64,000 nucleotides of DNA, taken from positions 7,415 to 71,414 of the forward strand of contig JBFXAT010000015.1 of assembly GCA_050183995.1 (NCBI GenBank). The letters run 5' to 3'. Source of the DNA: Vicinamibacterales bacterium (GTDB taxonomy: Bacteria; Acidobacteriota; Vicinamibacteria; Vicinamibacterales; CAVVIG01). Below the pieces are notes generated by a model that was given only the letters and a program-made list of their open reading frames with translations, searched no databases and was not told the origin of the DNA. A program made the translations under genes and the position numbers. Every line of letters begins with the position of its first letter. Positions within the stretch are counted from its first letter, which is position 1. Shown piece by piece: positions 54,006 to 62,082 of this stretch.

Positions 54006-55835
54006 CTACCGGGCCGCGCAGCCTGGTGGCGCACTGCCGCCGTAGGTCCAGCGCGGCCGCAGGCGATTCGTGAACGCGTCGGCGCTCAGACGGCCGGATC
54101 GACTGCGCAGCCAGTCCTCGACCACCTCGCGAACCAGCGGCGCCGCCGCGGGAGGACCGAGCGCCGAGCTTCGCAGCGCCGCGAGTGCGGGGCCCGGCAC
54201 GGGCGAGTCGATTCCGGCGAGCGCCAGGACCTCACCATCGCCAACGGGCTGCCCAGCGCGTGCGATTGCGACGTCCACGCGGCCATCGATGCAGCTTGCC
54301 TCGACCTGCACTCCCGACACGGCCAGTGTGCCGGCGCGTCCTCGCGCGAGCTCGTCGCGGATTACCCGTTTCAGATCGGCGCCGGTCACCTGCAGGCGGA
54401 GCAGGCGGTTGTCGAACGGGAAGACGTCGTACACCGCGCCGAAGGTCAGCGGTCCGGACAGAAGATCGGCGCGCAGCGCGCGAACGCCGCTGATGACCAC
54501 GTCTGCGCCGCTGCTTTCACGCAAGGCATCCGCGAACAGGTTTCCCAACGCGGACTCGGGTCCGCCGGCGCGTGGCAGCGGCAAGTCCACGGTCACGCCG
54601 AGCTCGGCGGCCCTCAGGCGCCTCACGCGGTCGAGTCCCGGCGCCATGGCTTCGACGACGGCGGGATCCGCCTGGACCGGGCGCCCCTCGTACGAGGCCC
54701 GGACCGTTCCCGCGGCGGCGTCGACGCATGTCGCATCGTTGCTCGCGCGCTGATAGGCGCAGATCTCCTGCGGCGCGAATGGCTTCACCTCGAGCACGCG
54801 ATGTGTGCGGGCGTCCACGGTGACATCGGCGCGCGCGAATGCGCGGCCGAACGGATAGGCCTGCACGATCGCGATGCCGTTGACGACGTGCGCGAGGGCG
54901 TCGTGCGTGTGTCCAGCCGCGATGACGTCGACCAGCCCGCGGGGAAGGGCCCTGGCGACGTCGAAGATCTCGGCGCTCCGATCGCACGACGCGAGGTCCA
55001 GCGGATCGTCGAACCGGCTGCACGATCCACCAGCGTGTGCGAGGACCACCACGGCGGTGGCGCCGGCCGCGCGGAGCGCATTTGCTTCGTCCGCAATCGT
55101 CGGAGCCAGCGGCGCGAGGGCGAGTCCGGCGACGTTGGGGGCGAGGGTGGATCGAAGTCCCGCGGCGGTCATGACCCCGATGAGCCCGATGGTCGTGCCA
55201 TTCGCCTCGACCAGCGTCGAGGCGCGGACGTTGGGCCACGCGACGCGGCGGCCGGTGTGCGCGTCGAGCAGGTTGGCGGCGAGAAACGGGTAGTGCGCCT
55301 GTGCGGCGCGCGCCTCGAGTGCGCCGTGAGGATCGGCGCCGGCATCCTCGCGCGCACCGGGCAGGTCGACCGCTCCGAAATCGAACTCGTGGTTGCCGAC
55401 GGCTGCCGCGGTGTAGCCCATCGCGTTGAACGCGTCGACGAGGATCGCGCCTTCGCTGAGGTTCGACTCGATGCCGCCCTGGAACGTGTCGCCGGCGTCG
55501 ACCAGCAAGACCGAACCGCCGTCCGCGGCGCGCGCCGCGCGCAGGTTGTTCACGTAGCCGGCGAGCAGCGCCAGCCCGCCGCGATCGTCCCTCGCGAAGG
55601 CGAACCCGTGCAGGTCGGTCGTGCTGACGATCGAGAGCGTGATCGTCGTCCACGGCCGCGTTTCCGCCGCCGGCCACGCGGGTCGCAGGGCGGCGACCAG
55701 CGCGAGGGCGAGCGTGCACGTCAGCCACGGTGCGGAGCGGGAAGCGCGCACGAGGGGAGACTGTAGCAGCGTCGAGCGTCTCTCGAAACCCCAGGTGTTC
55801 TCCTGGAGGCAGAGGCGCTTCCGGCGCCGAAGCAC
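54006..55835 (-). CDS. Secreted bifunctional metallophosphatase / 5'-nucleotidase (UshA-like)
   Basis: TTDLHG, DAGDTFQG and GNHEFDFG are calcineurin-like metallophosphoesterase motifs, followed by a 5'-nucleotidase C-terminal domain. The true start is probably GTG 55751, which places the signal peptide at the N-terminus. Confidence 0.88.
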   Translation of the reverse strand: MLRRRKRLCLQENTWGFERRSTLLQSPLVRASRSAPWLTCTLALALVAALRPAWPAAETRPWTTITLSIVSTTDLHGFAFARDDRGGLALLAGYVNNLRAARAADGGSVLLVDAGDTFQGGIESNLSEGAILVDAFNAMGYTAAAVGNHEFDFGAVDLPGAREDAGADPHGALEARAAQAHYPFLAANLLDAHTGRRVAWPNVRASTLVEANGTTIGLIGVMTAAGLRSTLAPNVAGLALAPLAPTIADEANALRAAGATAVVVLAHAGGSCSRFDDPLDLASCDRSAEIFDVARALPRGLVDVIAAGHTHDALAHVVNGIAIVQAYPFGRAFARADVTVDARTHRVLEVKPFAPQEICAYQRASNDATCVDAAAGTVRASYEGRPVQADPAVVEAMAPGLDRVRRLRAAELGVTVDLPLPRAGGPESALGNLFADALRESSGADVVISGVRALRADLLSGPLTFGAVYDVFPFDNRLLRLQVTGADLKRVIRDELARGRAGTLAVSGVQVEASCIDGRVDVAIARAGQPVGDGEVLALAGIDSPVPGPALAALRSSALGPPAAAPLVREVVEDWLRSRSGRLSADAFTNRLRPRWTYGGSAPPGCAAR

Positions 55836-55891
55836 GAAAGCTCAGGCCTGCGACGGCCGCCCCCGTTCCCGCGCGTTCGCGGTCGGCAGCG

Positions 55892-55925
55892 CTGCGTCAG
55901 TATTGAGGCTGCGTCAGTATTGAGG
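55892..55925. repeat. Perfect 17-bp tandem duplication (ctgcgtcagtattgagg x2) spanning the stop codon of the 23-haem cytochrome gene
   Basis: Copy 1 is 55892-55908 and copy 2 is 55909-55925. Copy 2 encodes P-Q-Y-stop of the gene ending at 55914. Confidence 0.9.
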
Positions 55926-57710
55926 ATGACAGGCCGAGCAGGTGCGCCCGACCAGGTACCGGACGGCGACGCCCTCGCCAGAGGGGAAGCGGCCGCGTTC
56001 CGGTTTGTGGCAGTCCTTGCAGGCATAGCGGCCGTGGAATCCGTCGAAGAAGTCCTTCAGCTCGCGGTGTACGTACGAGCCGCCGACGTGGAAGGTCGAT
56101 GCCGTGTGACATGCGGCGCACGTCGCGCCGAGCTGTCCGAGGTGCACGTCGCTGTGGCACGTGACGCAGGCCGGTTCGATTGGCTTGAACCGGACGGCCG
56201 TACCCGTGTGCGCAGGGAAAGCCGTTGTCTGGGTGACGTGACATGTCGAACACGCGATCGACGCGTGCGCCCCTTCGAGCCGCAGCCGTGCGCGTTCGTG
56301 TGAGAACGCCAGCGCTTCGAACCCGCGCCCGTCGATCGCGTGGCATTGATCGCACGAAGGGTCGAGCTGTCCCAGGTGCGGATCGGCGTGGCACGTCACG
56401 CACTGCATCGACGGCAAGGCGGCTGGCGCAGGCCGCTCCGCTCGACTGGGGATGTGGCACTGCGTGCACGTGAGCGCCTGGTGAGCGCCTGCGAAGAATT
56501 TCGGTTCTCGCGGGTGGCGGAAGTCTTTCACGCTGAATGTCGCCTGGCTATGGCACGTGTCGCACGCCCGCCCGAACGACCCTTGATGGGGGTCCCGCGC
56601 TTCGTGGCACGACACGCACGCCGCGGTGGCGCCGCTGAAGTCGACGGTCCGCTTTGCCAACGGGACGGTTCGGTCGGATACGCCCTCGTGGCACTTGTCG
56701 CACGAGATCTCGGCATGTCTGCCCTCGAGCGCAAACGTGGTCTTCGCGGCGTGATCGAACGGCGCTCCCGCGAACGATCGCTCGGTGTGACATGAGGCGC
56801 AATCGCCCTCGATGCTCTGTCGATGCGGGGTGTCGTGGCATGACGCGCACGTGCGCGACTCGATCGCGATGGTCGCGCGCCCACGCTTGTGACACGCCTC
56901 GCAGGCGACGCGCGTATGCGCGCCGGCGAGGGGGAAGCGCGTGCGTTCGTGCGCGATGGTCCGCGTCGTCCACGCCTGTGTCGTGTGGCACGAGGTGCAG
57001 GCGGCGCCCAGCCGCCGCTCGTGCGGCTCGCGGTGACACGCCGTGCACGAGGCAAACGCCACGCCCGTGAACTGGCTGCGGTCCTGGCCGCTCGTGTGGC
57101 ACTGTTCGCACGCAGCCGTCCGATGGGCGCCGGTGAGCGGGAAGCGTGTCGTACGGTGATCGAACGATGTGCGCGCCGTCTTGAACGATGGGCTTGCCGG
57201 AGGGTGGCACGTCGCACACGCGCCTGCCAACGATCCCTTGTGCGGATCGTCATGGCACGTGTCGCAGCCTGGCTTCAGATCCAGAAAGGACCGGCTCTTG
57301 TGGCACGCCGTGCATGTACCAGCGACCTTGGCGTGGGCTCCGGCGAGCGGAAATCCCGCCTCCGCCGAATGGTCGAAACGCTTCGTGTCGATGGGCCGCA
57401 GCTCGCCGTCGGCTCCAGCGTGCTCGACGTGGCAGATCACGCACTGTGTCGCTTGGCGGTGGACGCCTTTGCGGCTGGCCAGGCGGACCGCAATCGGCTG
57501 GTGACACGAGAGGCACCGGTCCGTACTCACTCTGCGTCCTGCTTCGTGGCACCGCTGACACTGATTGCCCTCGAGCTGACGATGTGCACGCGACAACCCG
57601 CCGGGTGAGAGAAGGGCGCTCAGCTGCCCGGCATCGGCTGGCGATACCGACAGGAGCCCAACGGCCATCGCCGCCACCAACGTAGGCACCAGCCCAAGGC
57701 CGCCGCCCAT
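55914..57710 (-). CDS. Periplasmic or extracellular multihaem c-type cytochrome, 23 CXXCH motifs, built from cytochrome-c7-like repeats
   Basis: 598 aa from ATG 57710, with a signal-like N-terminus (MGGGLGLVPTLVAAMAVGLLSVSPADA). I counted 23 CXXCH motifs in the translation. A recurring module is F-x-H-x-x-H ... C-x-x-C-H ... C-x-x-C-H-x-x-P-H. Confidence 0.9.
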   Translation of the reverse strand: MGGGLGLVPTLVAAMAVGLLSVSPADAGQLSALLSPGGLSRAHRQLEGNQCQRCHEAGRRVSTDRCLSCHQPIAVRLASRKGVHRQATQCVICHVEHAGADGELRPIDTKRFDHSAEAGFPLAGAHAKVAGTCTACHKSRSFLDLKPGCDTCHDDPHKGSLAGACATCHPPASPSFKTARTSFDHRTTRFPLTGAHRTAACEQCHTSGQDRSQFTGVAFASCTACHREPHERRLGAACTSCHTTQAWTTRTIAHERTRFPLAGAHTRVACEACHKRGRATIAIESRTCASCHDTPHRQSIEGDCASCHTERSFAGAPFDHAAKTTFALEGRHAEISCDKCHEGVSDRTVPLAKRTVDFSGATAACVSCHEARDPHQGSFGRACDTCHSQATFSVKDFRHPREPKFFAGAHQALTCTQCHIPSRAERPAPAALPSMQCVTCHADPHLGQLDPSCDQCHAIDGRGFEALAFSHERARLRLEGAHASIACSTCHVTQTTAFPAHTGTAVRFKPIEPACVTCHSDVHLGQLGATCAACHTASTFHVGGSYVHRELKDFFDGFHGRYACKDCHKPERGRFPSGEGVAVRYLVGRTCSACHPQY

Positions 57711-57726
57711 GATGGCTCCAGCGTAC

Positions 57727-58653
57727 TCACTCCGAGAACGGCACATACCCCATGTACAGCGTGACGCCCACGTGAGCGACGACAATAGCGAACATGATGT
57801 AGACGAGCGGCATGTGGAACACATGCCAGAGCTCGAACAGCTGCTTCGTTCGGCGAAGGTGGGCCATCCGGCGAAGCAGGGTGGCACGTTCGGTTCCGAT
57901 CGCGATCACCCGCTCGTGCACGCTGGACGCACCGGGCAGGTGCGTGACCGCCGCTTCGAAGCGAGCGACCTCCCGTCGCAGAACGTGCTCTACGGTGAAC
58001 ACGGAGAAGTAGCTGACGTCGCCTGACGGCACGACTCGCTGCTCGAACTCCTCGATCGCACGCAAGAGGAGCTCAGGAACCGATCCGTCGGCCAGTTCCC
58101 GCCCGAGGTCGGCCGCGCGGCGGTTCAGATCGGCTTCGTCCACCTCCAGGCCACGGAGCGTCCTGGGGATCCTGTTGAACAGGTACCGCCCGATGAAACC
58201 GGACGACACGACGATCATCATGGACCAATACGCGACCGAGATGATGCCCCCGAACTTGAACGATGTGTGAAAGGTGACGAACACTGGGCCGACGATGCCG
58301 CAGAAGATGTGCAGGTCGAGCCACCGGCGCATCGACCCGAGGTTGCGCAGCCGCTTCATCTTCTTCCGAACCGCGTACGCGACGGGCATCAACATCATGA
58401 CGAAGCCGATCACGCCGAACAGGTGGCCGACGCGTCCGGTCGGCCGCAGCAGTGGGTGCGCCGCGGTGTAGCCGCGAATCGCCGCGGGTGCGGTGTAGTA
58501 GCTCCATCCGTCGAGGCCGATGAGGATGTAGGAAGCAATGCCGGCCGTTGCGATTCCGCTCAGCACCAGCACGTTGGCGACGGCAGCCCTGGCCCCGGAG
58601 ACCGCGGTCCCGGCGGTGGCACTGGGCTGTGGACGGGGAGCGGACGCCTGCAT
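57727..58653 (-). CDS. Integral membrane protein with two H-x13-H transmembrane helices (candidate di-haem b-type electron carrier)
   Basis: 308 aa with about 5 TM helices. One helix has LHIFCGIVGPVFVTFH (H-x13-H) and another has FHMPLVYIMFAIVVAHV (H-x13-H). A roughly 110-aa soluble loop lies between the fourth and fifth helices. Confidence 0.7.
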   Translation of the reverse strand: MQASAPRPQPSATAGTAVSGARAAVANVLVLSGIATAGIASYILIGLDGWSYYTAPAAIRGYTAAHPLLRPTGRVGHLFGVIGFVMMLMPVAYAVRKKMKRLRNLGSMRRWLDLHIFCGIVGPVFVTFHTSFKFGGIISVAYWSMMIVVSSGFIGRYLFNRIPRTLRGLEVDEADLNRRAADLGRELADGSVPELLLRAIEEFEQRVVPSGDVSYFSVFTVEHVLRREVARFEAAVTHLPGASSVHERVIAIGTERATLLRRMAHLRRTKQLFELWHVFHMPLVYIMFAIVVAHVGVTLYMGYVPFSE

Positions 58654-58656
58654 GCG

Positions 58657-60033
58657 TCAGGCATCCACCGTGCAGTCGCTGACCACCTGCGTCACGCAGG
58701 CCAGCACGTAGCCGGCGGCGCGATCCTCGTCGTCCAGGATGGTCGACGGGCAGGTCGTCTCGCCGCTGATGATCTTCGTGCGGCAGGTGCCGCACACGCC
58801 CTGTCGGCAGAGCGATGGGATGTCGGCCCCGCAGCGCTCCGCCGCTTCGAGCAGCGTCTGGGTGCTCTCGACTGTCGTCGTCTGGCCGCTGCGCTCGAAG
58901 GTGACGTCGTGACCCGCCTCCGGCGAGACGTGCCCGTCGCCGACGGGCGGAGGTGGCTCGGCGGTGCGGCTGCTGGCGGCGATCGCCGCCTGGAACACTT
59001 CCGACCGGATCTGCGAGCGGGGCACACCGACCCTGTCGAGCATCGACGTCATGGCGTCGATCATCGGCTGCGGCCCGCAGAGGAGACAGACGCTGTGGCC
59101 CACGTCCGGGACCACGGCACCAATCAGAGACTCGCAGATGCGCCCCGGGAAGTAGCTGGGTCCGGCGGGGCCATGTGTAATCGCGATGGCGACGCGGACA
59201 TGATCGTTTCGTTTCGCGATCAGATCGAGCTCGTCGCGAAACGCGACATCCTCGACGCGGCGCACCGAATAGAGCAGCGTGATCGGGCGCGTCGGCTCCG
59301 TCTCGACCCCGTGCCGCAGCATCGACATGAGCGGCGTGATTCCCACCCCTCCGGCCACCAGGACGAGCGGCCGATCGTCGTCGGTCGGGTAGCAGAATGA
59401 ACCCGCGGGCTGCCGGATGGTGAGCAGCGATCCCGGTCGAATCGTCGCGTGCAAGGCGCCCGAAACGAGTCCGAGGCGTTTGACGGAGATCTCGAGATGC
59501 CCGCGGACGCCGGGCGACGAGCTGATCGAATAGCAGCGTACGTGTTCGCGACCGTCGGCGCGCAGGCGAACGGTGAGGAACTGGCCGGCCTTGAACGCGA
59601 AGCCTTCCGGCCGCGCAAGACGGAACGTCCGGATGTCCGGTGTCTCTTCGAAGACCGCCATGACCGGCGCCTGCACGAACGCCGATGGTCGGCGCGCGGC
59701 TTGGGCAATGCCCTGGATCAACCTGGGCTCGCTCGCCGCGGCCCGTCTTGTCGCGGTCGCATCTACCGATCGTGGTCGCGTGGGGAATTTTTCCCCGGGC
59801 ACGAGCAGTCTCTCGCATGCGATGAACCACGCCACGTGTGCGGCGAAGCCGATAGCGAGCCCGATCGGTGTTGGCAGCAACCAGGGAGACGCGGCGAACA
59901 GGAGTGAAATCGCAGTTACGAAATAGCGACTCGCGCCGCGTGTGGTGCGCTGCGAGCGGAGCACGACCAGCGCGAGGTGTAAGGTCGTCGTAAACGCGAG
60001 AATCGACGAAGCGGCCGGCAGTGACACGTTCAT
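58657..60033 (-). CDS. Membrane-anchored ferredoxin-NAD(P)+ reductase-like flavoprotein with a C-terminal plant-type 2Fe-2S ferredoxin domain
   Basis: 458 aa from ATG 60033 with about 3 N-terminal TM helices. The FAD motif is RCYSISS, the NAD(P) motif is LVAGGVGITP, and the C-terminus has CRQGVCGTC...C (Cx4Cx2C...C). Confidence 0.88.
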   Translation of the reverse strand: MNVSLPAASSILAFTTTLHLALVVLRSQRTTRGASRYFVTAISLLFAASPWLLPTPIGLAIGFAAHVAWFIACERLLVPGEKFPTRPRSVDATATRRAAASEPRLIQGIAQAARRPSAFVQAPVMAVFEETPDIRTFRLARPEGFAFKAGQFLTVRLRADGREHVRCYSISSSPGVRGHLEISVKRLGLVSGALHATIRPGSLLTIRQPAGSFCYPTDDDRPLVLVAGGVGITPLMSMLRHGVETEPTRPITLLYSVRRVEDVAFRDELDLIAKRNDHVRVAIAITHGPAGPSYFPGRICESLIGAVVPDVGHSVCLLCGPQPMIDAMTSMLDRVGVPRSQIRSEVFQAAIAASSRTAEPPPPVGDGHVSPEAGHDVTFERSGQTTTVESTQTLLEAAERCGADIPSLCRQGVCGTCRTKIISGETTCPSTILDDEDRAAGYVLACVTQVVSDCTVDA

Positions 60034-60210
60034 TGCTTTTCGAATGACAGCAAGACAGTCGAACGATCGACAGGTCGACGCGAAGCTGTATCGAGCGTCG
60101 ATGTGCAAGCAGAATACCGCGGAGGTTCTTTCGATCTCACGCGTCGATGGACGGAGGGCACCGGCCGCTCGAGTGGCGCGCCGATTGCGTAGTGCACGAC
60201 ACCGGCTCCC

Positions 60211-61305
60211 ATGTCCCGTCGATCGATCGTCGAGTTCGTGACGCGCAGCGTCCTGTCTGTCGTGGTGTGTGGTGTTGGCGCGCAGCACGCTGTCGTTGCG
60301 CAGAAAAAATCCGCACCAGACGCGCGCGCGGAAAAATCCCCGCCGCCACAGTTGGTGTGGCCGCTACCGCCGGAACCTCCCCGCATCCGATTTCTTCGTG
60401 CCTACCGGGGCCCCGACGATGTGAAGGGCGGGAAGAAGAAGTCGTCGAGACTCGCGTCACTGATACTGGGCCCTCAGGTGTCAGGTCAAGTGACGGACGC
60501 ACTCGTGAAGCCGTACGGTGTCGCGGCGTCGAGCGCCGGCGTGATCTACGTGGCTGACTCCGCGTCACGGCGGGTGCACGTCTTCAACCCGGAGGCGCGA
60601 ACCGTCACGTTCCTGGGTGAGCGGGGCAACGGCAGGCTGGTGAAGCCGATTGGCGTCACCGTCGACGCCGCCGACGTGGTGTATGTTGCCGACGCGACGC
60701 TGAAGCGCGTGTTCGGCTACGGGCCCGAAGGCGCTCTGCGCATTGCGCTCGGGCGCGACGGTGAGCTCGAGAACCCGTCCGGGATTGCCATAGACCCCTC
60801 TGGTGAGCGGCTGTACGTCGCCGATGCGTCGAAGCACCACGTGGTCGCGTATTCGACGGAGACCGGGGCGATCGTGCGCACCATCGGCAGGCGCGGCGAG
60901 GCCGAAGGGGAGTTCAACTTTCCCACCAACATCGCGGTCGATCGGCGCGGGTGGCTGTATGTGGCCGATACGCTCAACTTCCGCATCCAGATGTTCGACG
61001 CCGAGGGGCGCTTCGTGCGCACCTTCGGTCAGATCGGCGACAGCTTCGGCTCCATGAACAGACCGAAGGGCATCGCCGTCGACAGCGAGGGGCACGTCTA
61101 CGTCGTGGACGCCTCGTTCAACAACTTTCAGATCTTCGACGAGCAGGGTCAGCTGCTCTTGTTCGTCGGGTCCGGCGGTGCGGGCTCCGGTGAGTTCTTT
61201 CTTCCAGCCGGGATGTTCATCGACGCGCAGGACCGCATCTACGTGGCGGACCAGGGGAACGCGAGAGTGCAAGTATTCCAGTATCTGAATGGAGCGAGCA
61301 GATGA
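60211..61305 (+). CDS. Secreted NHL-repeat beta-propeller protein
   Basis: 364 aa with a signal-like N-terminus. Six repeats follow the pattern P-x-G-(I/V)-A/T-V-D-x-x-G-x-(I/V/L)-Y-V-A-D, including NFRIQMFD and NARVQVFQ. Confidence 0.85.
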   Translation: MSRRSIVEFVTRSVLSVVVCGVGAQHAVVAQKKSAPDARAEKSPPPQLVWPLPPEPPRIRFLRAYRGPDDVKGGKKKSSRLASLILGPQVSGQVTDALVKPYGVAASSAGVIYVADSASRRVHVFNPEARTVTFLGERGNGRLVKPIGVTVDAADVVYVADATLKRVFGYGPEGALRIALGRDGELENPSGIAIDPSGERLYVADASKHHVVAYSTETGAIVRTIGRRGEAEGEFNFPTNIAVDRRGWLYVADTLNFRIQMFDAEGRFVRTFGQIGDSFGSMNRPKGIAVDSEGHVYVVDASFNNFQIFDEQGQLLLFVGSGGAGSGEFFLPAGMFIDAQDRIYVADQGNARVQVFQYLNGASR

Positions 61306-62072
61306 AACGAGCCAGTTTCATAGCAGGACTCGCATTGCTGCTGTCGGCGAACAGCAGTTATGCGCAGAACACATCGACAATCGCCGGCGGGCCGCACGAC
61401 TTGAGTACGGGCAGTGCGGTCAGGAACTCGGACAGCACCATCAACGGCCAGACCTGTGTCTTCTGTCACACGCCGCACGGCGGTTCGACGAACCAGCCGC
61501 TCTGGAACCGGACCAATCCCGGCACGGCGGGATACCAGGTCTACACGAGCTCGACGAGCAATACGACCGCCACGGCGACCGCGGTCGTGTCGGGCGTGTC
61601 GGGGGCCTGTCTGAGCTGCCACGACGGCACCATTGCCATGGACGTGGTGACCAACGTCAACGGCACGACGTTCGGCACGGCGCCGACCGGCGGATCGGTG
61701 GGCTTCACCAAGCAGGGCACCGCCAAGGCCGACTACACAAACGGGAGCGGGGGCACCGGCAACGTCATGCTGAGCGGCATGCCGTTCATCGGCACGGACC
61801 TGCGCAACGACCATCCCGTGGCGATCCAGTACAAGACCGCCTACGACGCCGACACGACGCACTACCGGGCGGCCACGCTCTCCGGCAGCAAGCTGTTCGT
61901 CTCGAATGCCGGTGTCCAGCTGCCGCTCTACGGCACTACGTTGGCCGACGCGACGGTCGAATGCGCCAGCTGCCACGATGCGCACAACAACTCGCTGAAC
62001 GGCACCAACGGCGGATTCCTCCGCGTGTCGAATGCCAACAGCGCGATGTGCAGCACCTGCCACAACAAGTAG
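61302..62072 (+). CDS. Secreted tetrahaem c-type cytochrome (OmcS/OmcE-like motif layout)
   Basis: 256 aa with a signal peptide (cleavage likely after SYA). The four CXXCH motifs are CVFCHTPH, CLSCHDG, CASCHDAH and CSTCHNK at the extreme C-terminus. The linkers are Ser/Thr/Gly/Asn-rich. ATGA overlap with the NHL gene. Confidence 0.85.
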   Translation: MKRASFIAGLALLLSANSSYAQNTSTIAGGPHDLSTGSAVRNSDSTINGQTCVFCHTPHGGSTNQPLWNRTNPGTAGYQVYTSSTSNTTATATAVVSGVSGACLSCHDGTIAMDVVTNVNGTTFGTAPTGGSVGFTKQGTAKADYTNGSGGTGNVMLSGMPFIGTDLRNDHPVAIQYKTAYDADTTHYRAATLSGSKLFVSNAGVQLPLYGTTLADATVECASCHDAHNNSLNGTNGGFLRVSNANSAMCSTCHNK

Positions 62073-62082
62073 CAGGTGGCCC

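Noticed and set aside
58073-59830. 585-aa minus-strand ORF overlapping the reductase and membrane-protein genes out of frame
   Set aside because: It crosses the boundary of two well-supported genes and has Arg-rich low-complexity text.
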